A stretch of DNA of 64,000 nucleotides, taken from positions 768,001-832,000 of the forward strand of contig CAVXJS010000009.1 in NCBI GenBank assembly GCA_963762145.1. The letters are read 5' to 3'. The translations under genes were made by a program, and so were the position numbers. The DNA is from an uncultured Candidatus Rokubacteria bacterium (GTDB lineage Bacteria > Methylomirabilota > Methylomirabilia > Rokubacteriales > CSP1-6). Under the pieces are notes generated by a model. It was not told the DNA's origin and made no database searches. It worked only from the letters and a program-made list of their open reading frames with translations. The first letter of the stretch is position 1. Each line of letters opens with the position of its first letter. Shown here piece by piece: positions 12,998-22,603 of the stretch.

Positions 12998-14289
12998 CAC
13001 GCGCTCGTCTCCCCCGCCCCGCCCGCGCGCGGCTCGCGCCACTGCACCACGCCATCGGCCCCGAGCACGCCGATCTTCCGGTACCCGCGGATCTCGAGAT
13101 CCTGGAGCTGCTTGCCGAGCCGCTTGGCCCGCGCCTCCAGGAGCACGTGCTTGCCTTGCTCTCGCAGGTCGCGGGCGAGGGCCAGCACGGGCCCGAGGGT
13201 CGCCTCGGCCTCGTCGAAAACCAGCGCCACGCGCTCCCCTTCCACTTCGGCCGCCGGCCCGCGCTCGAGCAGGATCGAGATCACGCGCTCGAAGCCGATC
13301 GAGAAGCCGGTGGCGGGCACGTCCCGCCCGATGAACTTGCCGATCATCCGGTCGTAGCGCCCACCGCCCGCGATCGACGAGGCGCCTCCGCCGTGCTGGA
13401 CCTCGAAGATGGGGCCGGTGTAGTAGCCCATCCCGCGCACCAGCGTCGCGTCGAACGCGAGCCGGAAGCGGCCCGCCGCCTGGGTTTCGACGGTGTCGAG
13501 AACGCGCTGCAGGCCGCGCCACACGCCCTCGTCCACCTGCGCGCCCAGCAGCGCGCGCAGCACGGCCGGCGTGGAGCTCGAGGCGAGCAGGTCCAGCAGG
13601 CGGTCGACCGCGCCGGCGGCGTGCCCGGCCTCGCGCAGCTCGGCCGCCACCCCCTCCCGCCCGATCTTGTCGAGCTTGTCGAGCCCGATGAACACCGAGC
13701 CGGCCCGCGACGGGTCGAACCCGCAGTGGGCGACCGTGGCCCCGAGGAGACGGCGGTCGTTGATGCGGACGGTCAGGTCCTTGAGCCCCAGCGCGGCGAG
13801 CGCCTCGGTGGTGGCCAGGATCAGCTCGATCTCCGCGACCTCGGACGCGACCCCCAGGATGTCGATGTCGCACTGGGTGAACTGCCGGTAGCGGCCCTGC
13901 TGCGGCCGCTCGGCCCGCCACACCGGCCCGATCTGGATCGCCTTGAGCGGCTGGGGCAGCTTCGCGAGATTGTGGGCGTAGTAGCGGACGAGCGGCACCG
14001 TGAGATCGAACCGCAGGCCCAGATCCGCCAGGTCCTCCGCGCCCCCCGCCGCCGCGAGCTTCTCCCCGCGCTTCAAGATCTTGTAGATCAGCTTCTCGTT
14101 CTCCCCGCCGTCGCTCCGGAGCAGCAGGCGGAGGCTCTCCACCGCGGGCGTCTCGATGCGGACGAAGCCGTGGCGCCGATAGACGGTCAAGATCTGGGCC
14201 ATGGCCCAGTCGCGAAGCGCGGCTTCCTCGGGGAGCACGTCCCGCATGCCGCGGGGCGGCGAGGCGTCGAGGCGGGGCGGGTTCGTCAG
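12997..14289 (-). CDS. hisS: histidine--tRNA ligase
   Basis: PRGMRD, LRFDLT, WRAERPQ.GRYRQF, RGMGYYTG and GGGRYD. Start uncertain: CTG 14289 or ATG 14247. Confidence 0.93.
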   Translation of the reverse strand: MTNPPRLDASPPRGMRDVLPEEAALRDWAMAQILTVYRRHGFVRIETPAVESLRLLLRSDGGENEKLIYKILKRGEKLAAAGGAEDLADLGLRFDLTVPLVRYYAHNLAKLPQPLKAIQIGPVWRAERPQQGRYRQFTQCDIDILGVASEVAEIELILATTEALAALGLKDLTVRINDRRLLGATVAHCGFDPSRAGSVFIGLDKLDKIGREGVAAELREAGHAAGAVDRLLDLLASSSTPAVLRALLGAQVDEGVWRGLQRVLDTVETQAAGRFRLAFDATLVRGMGYYTGPIFEVQHGGGASSIAGGGRYDRMIGKFIGRDVPATGFSIGFERVISILLERGPAAEVEGERVALVFDEAEATLGPVLALARDLREQGKHVLLEARAKRLGKQLQDLEIRGYRKIGVLGADGVVQWREPRAGGAGETSA

Positions 14290-14296
14290 GGCAGAC

Positions 14297-16186
14297 CTAA
14301 TCTTGAGGAACGGTCATGATGATCTGCGTCTCACCGCCCACCTTCAGGAGGGCGTTGCTGTACCGGACCACCGACGCCATGATCGTCGGCTGGGTGGCGT
14401 CCTCGGTCTTGTAGGACCCGAGACAGGTGATGCCGCCCTCGAAGCCCGAGGCGATCGACTGCAGCCGGAAGCCGGCCGGCCCCTTGAAGACCACCGCGAG
14501 CAGGCCCTCTCGCACGAGATTCTGGGGCACGATCAGCTCGTCCACCCCGTCGCCGTCGAGATCGACCGCGAGCGGGGTCGGCTCGATCTTGAAGAACTTG
14601 CTGCGGTCGACCCGGGAGCTCTGAATCGCGCCGAACAGCTCGATCGTCATGTAGCCGCCGCCGACCGAGGTGGAGGAGCGCCACAGCTCCTCGCCCTCGT
14701 TCGCGATCTGCAGCCGATTCCACTCGTCGATGTAGGCGAGCGCGCGCGTGTCCTTGCCCATCACGTTGGAGAAGGCGGCGCCCATGGGCCGGAAGGAGCC
14801 GGGCACGCGCACCGCCTTCTCGACGCTGAGCTTGCCGTTCTTCAGGATCATCTGGTCGGCCTGTCCCGGCGTGAAGAAGTTCTCACCGCTGTAGCGCTGG
14901 CTCCACAGCGTCTGCTTGACGCCCTCGCCCTTGAGGTCCACCGCGAACAGGAAGTCGGACACGTACTCGATCATCGTGAACGGCTTGCCGTCCTTGGAGG
15001 AGATGACGAAGCCGTTGAGCCCGACCTTGGGCGCGTACCGGTTACCGATCACCTCCAGGGTGCCGTCGCCGTCCAGGTCCGCGAGCTGCAGCGAGAACAC
15101 CTTACCCAGGCTGCGCATCGACTTGCTCCACTCCGGCTCGACCTTCTGGTTCACGATCCGGTACATGTAGATCTGCTCGCCGTCGCTCACCACCATGCGG
15201 GGAATCTTGTCCTTCGGAGCGACCGCGAGATCCATGGCCAGCACCGCGAAGTTGAACTTGGCCACTTCCCGGAGAGGCAGCGAGCCCTCGCCGGACGAGT
15301 AGCTCCCGGCCTCGAGGTCGCCACCCAGGAGCCGCTGCAGCAGCGTGCGCTGCTTGGCCTGGGGCGGGTTCGCGGGGCCCCCCTGGGAGAACCGCGGGCC
15401 CGGATTTGCGGCCCGCAAGGTCGACGGGGGAACGAAGAACGACGTCGTGACCGCGGCATCCGCACTGGGAGCCGCGAAGAACCGCACGTCCATGAACGGC
15501 CTGCCCTGGACCCGGGTGAAGTACACGGCCAGGATGTTGTCCGCCTTGAACCGCTCGGCAGCTTCGCGGACCCCCTTGCCGGCCAGGAAGTCGGCGGCGG
15601 TCAGTCGCTGCTGGGCGATGAACACGTTGATCGTGTCGCCCATGGTCACCTTGAACCGGCCGGTGGCGGCCAGGCGCTCCACCACCTCCTGGGTCGCGGT
15701 CTCGACGAGCGTATCCTTCACGCTTCCCAGGAGGGGCAACAGCACGATGTTGACCTTGGCGGAGGAGACCCGGAAACGGTCGCCCGGCTTGATCTCGGCT
15801 CCCGACGGCGGGGTCGCGACCGCGAGGCTCTCCTGCGCCTGCGTGATCCGGGCGAGGCCGAGCGCATCCTCCGCCCGGCCAAGCATCTCACCGGTCCGCG
15901 GATGCTTGATCTCCCGTCCCTCGCGAAAGAGCTCCACCTCGAGGCCGACGCGGGCTCCTGCCTTGCTCCCCGTTCCGAGGGTGAGCGCCCCGGGACGGAC
16001 CTCGAGCACTTCACCCTCGAACCTGGGGAAGAGGTCGAGGAGCTGCTCCACCAGCGCGGTCATCGGAGCCGAGGTGACAGGCCCCGGGGGCGGCGCCGGC
16101 GCGGCCGGCGACTGAGCCGCCGCGCTTCCCGCCGCGAACACGGCCAGGAGCAGTAGCGGAGCGACCTCGCGAAGACGTCTGCGCAT
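14297..16186 (-). CDS. secreted protein with FlgT C-terminal-like domain and FG-GAP/VCBS repeats
   Basis: Signal peptide, HPRTGEMLG segment, repeats DLDGDGTLE and DLDGDGVDELIV. Confidence 0.75.
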   Translation of the reverse strand: MRRRLREVAPLLLLAVFAAGSAAAQSPAAPAPPPGPVTSAPMTALVEQLLDLFPRFEGEVLEVRPGALTLGTGSKAGARVGLEVELFREGREIKHPRTGEMLGRAEDALGLARITQAQESLAVATPPSGAEIKPGDRFRVSSAKVNIVLLPLLGSVKDTLVETATQEVVERLAATGRFKVTMGDTINVFIAQQRLTAADFLAGKGVREAAERFKADNILAVYFTRVQGRPFMDVRFFAAPSADAAVTTSFFVPPSTLRAANPGPRFSQGGPANPPQAKQRTLLQRLLGGDLEAGSYSSGEGSLPLREVAKFNFAVLAMDLAVAPKDKIPRMVVSDGEQIYMYRIVNQKVEPEWSKSMRSLGKVFSLQLADLDGDGTLEVIGNRYAPKVGLNGFVISSKDGKPFTMIEYVSDFLFAVDLKGEGVKQTLWSQRYSGENFFTPGQADQMILKNGKLSVEKAVRVPGSFRPMGAAFSNVMGKDTRALAYIDEWNRLQIANEGEELWRSSTSVGGGYMTIELFGAIQSSRVDRSKFFKIEPTPLAVDLDGDGVDELIVPQNLVREGLLAVVFKGPAGFRLQSIASGFEGGITCLGSYKTEDATQPTIMASVVRYSNALLKVGGETQIIMTVPQD

Positions 16187-16944
16187 CACTCCCTCGGCGA
16201 GACCCCCTCGATGTTGGAGCGGTCGGACCCGCGCCGGCGCTCCCAGCCCACCACGGCCTTGAAGGTCGTGGGCTGCGGCGGATGCTGGATGACGACGTAG
16301 ACCCAGTCCGCGAACGAGGGGTTCGAGTTCTCCCCCACAATGGCCGCGATACCCTGTCCGAGCCCCGTCGACCGGGACAGATAACGATCCCACAGAGTCG
16401 GGCCGCGATCCTCATAGAAACGCAGCAGCGGCAGCGGATAGGTGACGACGGTCTGCGGGATGGGTGACCCGGTCACGCGATACGGCACGTAGTACCGGAG
16501 CGCCGGGGACTCCCCGCTGCCGACCGGTACCCCCTGGAGGGCGACGTGCACGGCTTCCTGGGTCCGGATGGTCGTCGGAGCGATCACCCAGACGCTCCGC
16601 TCACCCGGATTCCCCTGCCAGACCACCTCGTCCCACCGCCGGGAGCCTTCGGCCGGCTTGACCTCGGCGATGACCTTGACGGCCCGGAACGACCCGGCCA
16701 GAGCTTCCCAGCCGTAGCGGAGGCTGCGGTCGAACAGCAGGGCTCCCTCCGGGACCTTGGCCGTGTCGAGCGCCCGGCCCAGGCGCTCCATCACCAGCTC
16801 GCCCGAGCCGGTACCGATCGGCCCCTCGAGATAGTGGACGAAGCTCTCGCGGTACATGCTGGTCACCTGCAGCCGGTACTCGGCCGCCCCGGCCGGGCCC
16901 ACCAGGCCCAGGGCCACGGCCACTCCCAGCAGAGCCTTCCACAT
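16186..16944 (-). CDS. hypothetical secreted protein
   Basis: Signal peptide MWKALLGVAVALGLVGPAGA, translationally coupled to the downstream gene, clear promoter upstream. Confidence 0.75.
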   Translation of the reverse strand: MWKALLGVAVALGLVGPAGAAEYRLQVTSMYRESFVHYLEGPIGTGSGELVMERLGRALDTAKVPEGALLFDRSLRYGWEALAGSFRAVKVIAEVKPAEGSRRWDEVVWQGNPGERSVWVIAPTTIRTQEAVHVALQGVPVGSGESPALRYYVPYRVTGSPIPQTVVTYPLPLLRFYEDRGPTLWDRYLSRSTGLGQGIAAIVGENSNPSFADWVYVVIQHPPQPTTFKAVVGWERRRGSDRSNIEGVSPRE

Positions 16945-16951
16945 GAGCGTG

Positions 16952-16980
16952 ACTATACGTCGCCCGTCGGATGGCGGCAA
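16952..16980 (-). promoter_or_regulatory. sigma70 promoter, likely giving a leaderless mRNA
   Basis: TTGCCG, 17 bp, TATAGT, 7 nt, then ATG 16944. Confidence 0.7.
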
Positions 16981-16989
16981 GAAACCGTG

Positions 16990-17026
16990 AAAAAACAACG
17001 GGCCCGGGGGTTGCCCCCCGGGCCCG
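16990..17026 (-). terminator. Rho-independent terminator of the porin-like gene
   Basis: Hairpin CGGGCCCGGGGG-loop-CCCCCGGGCCCG followed on the minus strand by TTGTTTTTT. Confidence 0.85.
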
Positions 17027-17046
17027 AAGCGCTGCGCTCTCGCGAG

Positions 17047-18681
17047 CTAGAACGTGAAGCGGATGCGAGAGGTGATCATCCACGGGTCGTTGGTGTTGCG
17101 CCCCGTGTAGTTCGGATCGGTCACCGCGTCCAGCGCGGGTCCCATGAACATGTAGCCGAACTGGTTGTCCCAGGCCAACCCGGGGGCGAACCGCCAGGAG
17201 ATCTGGGCCATGAGCTCGGTACCGACGAAGCTCTTGTTCTCACGCGGCGCGGCGCCGGTGAACACCGGCGTGATGCCGGAGCCGGCCGTTGCCACGCTAC
17301 CATTGCGATCCACGTTCTCGGCCGTCCAGTGCGCGTTGGCACCACCCATGACGCTCAGCTCGGGGGTGATCGCGTAGGTGGCCTTGGCGCCGAACTGCAT
17401 ACGTCCGTACTTGTCCCAGCCGATGCTCACGCCAGGGTATGCGATCCGGCCGCCAGCCTCGTTCCAGGCGTTGAGGTAGTCAATACCCAGCGACGTGAGC
17501 GAGGTGCCCCAGTCGGCCAGGTAACCCGTGTCCGTCGTCAGCGGCTGGAAGGACCGGGTCGTCCCGAGCGTCGTGTTGCGAGCGGTGTTACCCGTCGTGT
17601 ACATCGCGAGACCCTCGAGGAGCAGCGGTCCGAGCTGGAACCCGCCGCGCACGTCGATGAGCCAGGCATCGAGCTCCGAGTAGTACTTCCTACCCGGCAC
17701 CGCGACCGCGCCGAAGGTCGCCGGCGCGATGATCGCCTTGTTACCGAACTGATACATGATGGTCGGATCGAGGGAGAACGGCCCCATCCGCAGGCGGGTG
17801 TCCAGACCGACCGTGTGACGGTACTCGTTGACGCCACCCCGGACGTCGCCGGTCGGGCTGTATGCGGTGGTGGTGTTGATACCGCCGCGGCCCTGACGGG
17901 CGCTACCGCTCGTGGTGCCCTGCGCGTAGAACGTGGAGATGATCGGCTTGAGGTCCAAGCCCTTGAACGGGGTGATCTCAGGCGCGAAGATGGCGGCGAA
18001 GTCATCACCACGGTTCTGCGAGCTGAGCACGCCGGCTGGAGCGGCCGTCGTGCTGGTCCTCGTGTCCGTCCCGACGAGGGCTTCCTCGACCTGGACGAAC
18101 GTAAGCACCGCCTTCACGTTCGGGGTGATCTGGCTGACGACGTTCACACCGGCGAAGTCACCGGTGGCGTACGCCGCCAGCTTGTAGCTGGCCGCCGCGC
18201 CGAACGGCTGGGCGCCGAGGCGGACCGTGGTCGGCACCGGGATCCAGGGCATCGGGAACTCGACGTACAGCCACTTGACCTCGATGATGCCGCGGGAGTC
18301 CGTGTTGATGTCGAAGCTACCGTCGGTGCCGAAGCCGGTCTGCACCGGAGTGGTGGCGGCGGCGCCGGCAGCGACGAAGGTCGAGTCACTCGACCCGGCC
18401 TGACCATAGATATGGTCGAGCTCGATGCCGAGGACACCCTTGGCCTTGCCGACTTCACCGATGAAGTCGAACCGGCCGCGGGTACGGGCGTACCACATGC
18501 TGTCTTTGCGGTTGAAGACACCGCCGTTGTAGTTCGAGATGTTCTCGGAGTACGACGTGACGTTGTCGATGAGGCCGTTGATGGTCACCTTCGGGGCGGG
18601 CGCCTGGGCGAAAGCCATGGGCGCCGCCAGGGCCACGAGGGCCAAGGCGAGCATCAGGACGGCAAGACTCGTCCTTTTCAT
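17047..18681 (-). CDS. outer-membrane beta-barrel (porin-like) protein
   Basis: Signal peptide, Gly/Thr/aromatic-rich amphipathic strands, C-terminal beta-signal ending RIRFTF, strong SD (GGAGAA), own terminator. Confidence 0.8.
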   Translation of the reverse strand: MKRTSLAVLMLALALVALAAPMAFAQAPAPKVTINGLIDNVTSYSENISNYNGGVFNRKDSMWYARTRGRFDFIGEVGKAKGVLGIELDHIYGQAGSSDSTFVAAGAAATTPVQTGFGTDGSFDINTDSRGIIEVKWLYVEFPMPWIPVPTTVRLGAQPFGAAASYKLAAYATGDFAGVNVVSQITPNVKAVLTFVQVEEALVGTDTRTSTTAAPAGVLSSQNRGDDFAAIFAPEITPFKGLDLKPIISTFYAQGTTSGSARQGRGGINTTTAYSPTGDVRGGVNEYRHTVGLDTRLRMGPFSLDPTIMYQFGNKAIIAPATFGAVAVPGRKYYSELDAWLIDVRGGFQLGPLLLEGLAMYTTGNTARNTTLGTTRSFQPLTTDTGYLADWGTSLTSLGIDYLNAWNEAGGRIAYPGVSIGWDKYGRMQFGAKATYAITPELSVMGGANAHWTAENVDRNGSVATAGSGITPVFTGAAPRENKSFVGTELMAQISWRFAPGLAWDNQFGYMFMGPALDAVTDPNYTGRNTNDPWMITSRIRFTF

Positions 18682-18908
18682 TGAGACTTCTCCTCAATCA
18701 GGTGGATGACGTGCATTCCTGCAACGTGTGTGCTTCCTGACTTCCCGCGATACGCGCGACGACGGTACGGCTGGAGAGACGGGTGTTCTTCCTTGTCACC
18801 TCCCAGGAGAAAGAATAGGAAAAGGCTTGACCTTTTTACCGCGAAGCTCGTTTATGGGTCAAGGAAAAAGCCGGCGGGGGTACTTGAAATAAACGAAAAA
18901 TAAAACAG

Positions 18909-19583
18909 CTACTTAGGGTCTGGCCCCATCGCTTTCAGCACCTCATCCGCCCGCTTGCCGAGCATGGAGGCCGGATCGAGGTCCCGCGCAGCCCGGAGGT
19001 GGACCTTCGCCTCCGGCTGCCGCCCTTCCCTCTGAAGCAATACCCCGAGCCAGAAATGGGACGGTACCAGGTTGGGGTCCAGCTGGAGCGCAGCCCGGAA
19101 CGCGTCCTCGGCGTCCCGGCGCCGGTCGAGCGCCCAGTACGCGTACCCCAGATTGTTGTAGGTGGTCTCCGGGCGGTTATAGATGGTCTGGGAGAGTGCC
19201 TTGCGGTACGCGGTGATCGCGTCCTCCCACTTGGCCTGCTCGGCGTAGGCGGAGCCCAGGTTGTGAAACGCGTCGGCATAGGTCGGATCCAGCTCGACCG
19301 CCTTCTGGAATTCGAGCTGGGCGTCCGCGAAGCGGCCGATGTTGAGCATCACCGCCCCGACCGCGTTGTGATAGATCGGATTGCGCGGCTCGATCTCCAC
19401 GGCCTGCCGCAGCGAGGACAGGCCGAGCGAGATGCGGCCCTCCGAGATGCTCTTGACCCCCGCCTCGTAGGACGCGCGGGCCTCGAGCTTGCGAATCTCG
19501 TCCTCGGCCGACGTCGTCGCGCACGCCGGAAGCCACGCGGCCGCGCACAGGGCTAAGACCGATGCGCTCCTTGACACCCTCAT
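18909..19583 (-). CDS. TPR lipoprotein (PilF/PilW-like)
   Basis: Lipobox LPAC and several TPR repeats (AFHNLG, TYNNLGY). Confidence 0.8.
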   Translation of the reverse strand: MRVSRSASVLALCAAAWLPACATTSAEDEIRKLEARASYEAGVKSISEGRISLGLSSLRQAVEIEPRNPIYHNAVGAVMLNIGRFADAQLEFQKAVELDPTYADAFHNLGSAYAEQAKWEDAITAYRKALSQTIYNRPETTYNNLGYAYWALDRRRDAEDAFRAALQLDPNLVPSHFWLGVLLQREGRQPEAKVHLRAARDLDPASMLGKRADEVLKAMGPDPK

Positions 19584-19607
19584 GATCGCCATGTATTCCT
19601 TTGTTTC

Positions 19608-19994
19608 ATGCCAACCTACGAATACGAGTGCCCGCGCTGCCCGCGTGTCTTCGAGGTGAAGCAGCGCATCACCGAGCCGGCGCTCGTGACCTGCGAGGTC
19701 TGCGGCGGGCCGATCCACCGGCTGCTGTCGGCGGCCCCCTTCATCCTGAAAGGTGGAGGCTGGTACGTCACCGACTACCCGTCCGAGTCACGCAAGAAAG
19801 GCCAGGAGTCCACCTCGAAGGACTCGACACCGAAGGAATCCGCGGGAAAGGAATCGGCGTCGAAGACGGACGGTGGCAGCGCCGAATCCAAGCCGGCGGC
19901 GTCATCGGAGAGTAAGTCTAGCACGGACGGCAGCAGCGGCTCCCCTTCCTCCGGCACCAAACCAGCCGCGGGAAAGCCGGCCGCCAGCTCCTGA
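19608..19994 (+). CDS. FmdB family zinc-ribbon protein with Ser/Lys-rich tail
   Basis: MPTYEYECxxC...CxxCGG...KGGGWYVTDY signature. TTGACA-17-TATTCC lies 8 nt upstream. Confidence 0.9.
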   Translation: MPTYEYECPRCPRVFEVKQRITEPALVTCEVCGGPIHRLLSAAPFILKGGGWYVTDYPSESRKKGQESTSKDSTPKESAGKESASKTDGGSAESKPAASSESKSSTDGSSGSPSSGTKPAAGKPAASS

Positions 19995-20002
19995 GAGGCG
20001 CG

Positions 20003-20791
20003 TCACCCGACTCGGGTCACGCGCACGATCGTGCCGCGGCGCGCAGTCAGATGGTCCCGTGCGCTGCCGGCCTTCACGAAGATCTCCAGCCGTCCCGTCG
20101 AGCCGACGATGAAGGCCGGCTCGCCATCGGCGCCCTCGTGGTAGGCGTCCACGGGCCCAGGCACGCGACGCCCCCCCACCTCCACCACCACCCCGCCGAC
20201 CCCGGGAACCTCGTCGAGCCGCGCGGCCGGGATGGAGGTCAGGAGGTTGCCGAAGCGATCGGCGTCGAGCACCTCGCCGATCAGCCCGGCGCCTTCCAGG
20301 CGGCAGCCGGGACGGCGGAGTCGCTGCGGGTCGGCAACCACCGGGCCGAGGCGCTCCAGCGGAACGCCCGAAGCCAGATAGGCCGCGGCGGGCGCGAAGA
20401 CGTCGCGGCCGTGAAACGTCCGGCTGACCTCGGGCAGGCGGTACTCCGGCGCGGTGAGCGATACCGCCGTCCAGCCTGAGCCCTCGAGCGCCCAGGTGAA
20501 CAGGCCGTTGTCCGGCCCGACCAGGAAGGACCCGCCCGCACGGACGGCGATTCCCCGGCGGCCGGTCCCGACGCCCGGGTCCACCACCGCCAGATGAACC
20601 GTCCCCGCGGGGAAGAACGGGGCCGACGCCTCCAGCGCGAGCCCGCCGGCGAGAACGTCCTGGGGAGGGACCTCGTGGGTGAGATCCACCAGCCGGGCCG
20701 AGGGACAGATGGACAGGATCACCCCCTTCATGATCCCCACGAAGGGGTCGCGCAGCCCGAAGTCGGTGGTGAGGGTGATCAGGCCCGGCAA
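20003..20791 (-). CDS. SAM hydroxide adenosyltransferase / chlorinase-fluorinase family (DUF62)
   Basis: ITLTTDFG, VVDPGVGT, GPDNG, TFHGRDVFAP and DRFGN motifs. TTG start. Confidence 0.92.
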   Translation of the reverse strand: MPGLITLTTDFGLRDPFVGIMKGVILSICPSARLVDLTHEVPPQDVLAGGLALEASAPFFPAGTVHLAVVDPGVGTGRRGIAVRAGGSFLVGPDNGLFTWALEGSGWTAVSLTAPEYRLPEVSRTFHGRDVFAPAAAYLASGVPLERLGPVVADPQRLRRPGCRLEGAGLIGEVLDADRFGNLLTSIPAARLDEVPGVGGVVVEVGGRRVPGPVDAYHEGADGEPAFIVGSTGRLEIFVKAGSARDHLTARRGTIVRVTRVG

Positions 20792-20795
20792 AGGC

Positions 20796-21797
20796 CTAGC
20801 GGTCGCGATCGGCGACGAAATCCGCGACCAGGAGCAGCGTGTCCTTGTCGTCCGACCTCGGGAAGGACCCGAGCGCGTCCTTCGCGCTCCGGACATACTC
20901 GTGGGCCCGCTCGAGCGCGTACTCCACGCCCGCGTGCTTCACCACCAGCCGGCGGATCTCCTCGATCTCGTCGGGAGAGAGGGCGCGCTGCTTGAGCAGG
21001 GCGTGGATCCGGTCCCGGTCCGCCGGCCCCGCCCGCTCGATGGTCGCGATCAGGGGCAGCGTGCGCTTGCCTTCCTTCAGGTCGGCGCCGACCGCCTTGC
21101 CGAGCCGTGCCTGATCCGCGACGAAGTCGAGTGAGTCGTCGCTGATCTGGAACGCGATGCCGATGTCGAGCCCGTAGCGCGTCAGGCCCTCCACCTGCTC
21201 CGGGCTCGCCCGCCCCAGGAGGGCGCCGATGCGGCAGCAGGCCGACATGAACGACGCGGTCTTCTGGGTGATGATCCGGAGGTAGTCGGCCTCGCCGGTG
21301 CTGCCGCTGCGCTTGCGCTCGAGCTGGAACACCTCGGCCTCGGTCATGGACACGGTGGCGCGGGCGAGCGTCTCGAGCACGCCGGGGTCGCCGTCCTCCA
21401 CCATCAGGGCGAAGGACTTCGAGTAGAGATGGTCGCCCACCAGGATCGAGGCGTCATCGCCCCAGCGGGCATTGGCGGACGGCCGGCCCCGACGCAGCGG
21501 CGCCTGGTCCACGACGTCGTCGTGGATGAGGGTGGCGGTGTGCAGGAGCTCGACGACGCAGCCCATCCGGATGGCGCGCGGCCCCTGGTAACCGGCCAGG
21601 CGGGCCGCGATGAGGAGGAGGATCGGGCGGAGCCGCTTGCCTCCCGCTCCCGCGATGAACTCCCCCATCTCGTGGATGAGCGGGACGGGCGACTCGATCT
21701 CGCGCCCGATGGCGGCCTCGATGGCGCCGAGCTCGGCCCCGATCGCGACCGCAACGCGATCCTTCAACAGAGCTTCGAGCGGAGTGGGCGCTTTCAC
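20796..21797 (-). CDS. polyprenyl diphosphate synthase (IspB-like)
   Basis: GGKRLRP, HDDVVD..RRG, KTA and FQISDD motifs. Confidence 0.93.
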   Translation of the reverse strand: MKAPTPLEALLKDRVAVAIGAELGAIEAAIGREIESPVPLIHEMGEFIAGAGGKRLRPILLLIAARLAGYQGPRAIRMGCVVELLHTATLIHDDVVDQAPLRRGRPSANARWGDDASILVGDHLYSKSFALMVEDGDPGVLETLARATVSMTEAEVFQLERKRSGSTGEADYLRIITQKTASFMSACCRIGALLGRASPEQVEGLTRYGLDIGIAFQISDDSLDFVADQARLGKAVGADLKEGKRTLPLIATIERAGPADRDRIHALLKQRALSPDEIEEIRRLVVKHAGVEYALERAHEYVRSAKDALGSFPRSDDKDTLLLVADFVADRDR

Positions 21798-21816
21798 CGA
21801 AGAGGGGAGGCGCCGG

Positions 21817-22578
21817 CTACCGGAGCACCACCCGGTCCTTGACCTGAACCTGCACCCCCGCGGCGGCCTTCTGCACCTCGACCACCGAGAACTTGTCCTG
21901 GACCTCCACCACCCGCCCCGACGCCACCTCCTCGTCGAGCTCGCCGAGCAGCTCGCCGGTGATGGGGTGGACGATGGCGACCTTGTCCCGGCGAACGCTC
22001 ACTCCGGTGCCCAGCTTGACCCCGTCGCTCGCGGCCAGGTCGATGATGACGCGCGAGGTGTCGACGAACACGACGTAGCCGCGCGTCGCCGACTGGGTCG
22101 CTATCCGGCTGGGCGCGTCGGTGCGGGTCGTGCTCGACACCGCCGCCGCCGTGCTCCGGTTCGTCGGGACCGTCGGCACCACGTTCTCCACCTTGTAGGC
22201 CCCGCCCTGCCGGGGGCTGATGCGCCCGCCCCCGGGCGGAGCCCCGTACTTGGCCACGACGTCGGGTGAGGCGATGAGGGTGGACTCGCCGAAGATGAAG
22301 GACTTCACGGTCGTGGGGACCTTGTCCTCCTCGACCCAGACGTACTCCGGCTCGCTGGCGATGTCGCAGCACCGGGGATTCTTGATCAGGAGCCACTTGG
22401 GCTCAGCCGGACGGAGGGTGACCGACGGATCAGGGGGCGCGGTGAGCCCGACGTACTCTCGCCAGTTCCGGCCGCCGCACCCCGACACCGCGATCACGAT
22501 GAAGACAGCCAGGACAAGCAAGTGCCCGCGCCGGAGGATGGTCATGACGTCCCACAGCATACCAGAAGCCCCCCTCAT
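21817..22578 (-). CDS. lipoprotein with FlgT C-terminal-like domain
   Basis: Lipobox VSGC and C-terminal VIIDL...HPITGELLG...KDRV. Start uncertain. Confidence 0.7.
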   Translation of the reverse strand: MRGASGMLWDVMTILRRGHLLVLAVFIVIAVSGCGGRNWREYVGLTAPPDPSVTLRPAEPKWLLIKNPRCCDIASEPEYVWVEEDKVPTTVKSFIFGESTLIASPDVVAKYGAPPGGGRISPRQGGAYKVENVVPTVPTNRSTAAAVSSTTRTDAPSRIATQSATRGYVVFVDTSRVIIDLAASDGVKLGTGVSVRRDKVAIVHPITGELLGELDEEVASGRVVEVQDKFSVVEVQKAAAGVQVQVKDRVVLR

Positions 22579-22603
22579 ATCGGTCGTGCCTCGGGGGGGT
22601 GGC

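Noticed and set aside
20003-20791. Halogenase (fluorinase/chlorinase) implying halometabolite synthesis
   Set aside because: Housekeeping context and DUF62-type motifs fit the common SAM hydrolase better. No biosynthetic cluster is nearby.
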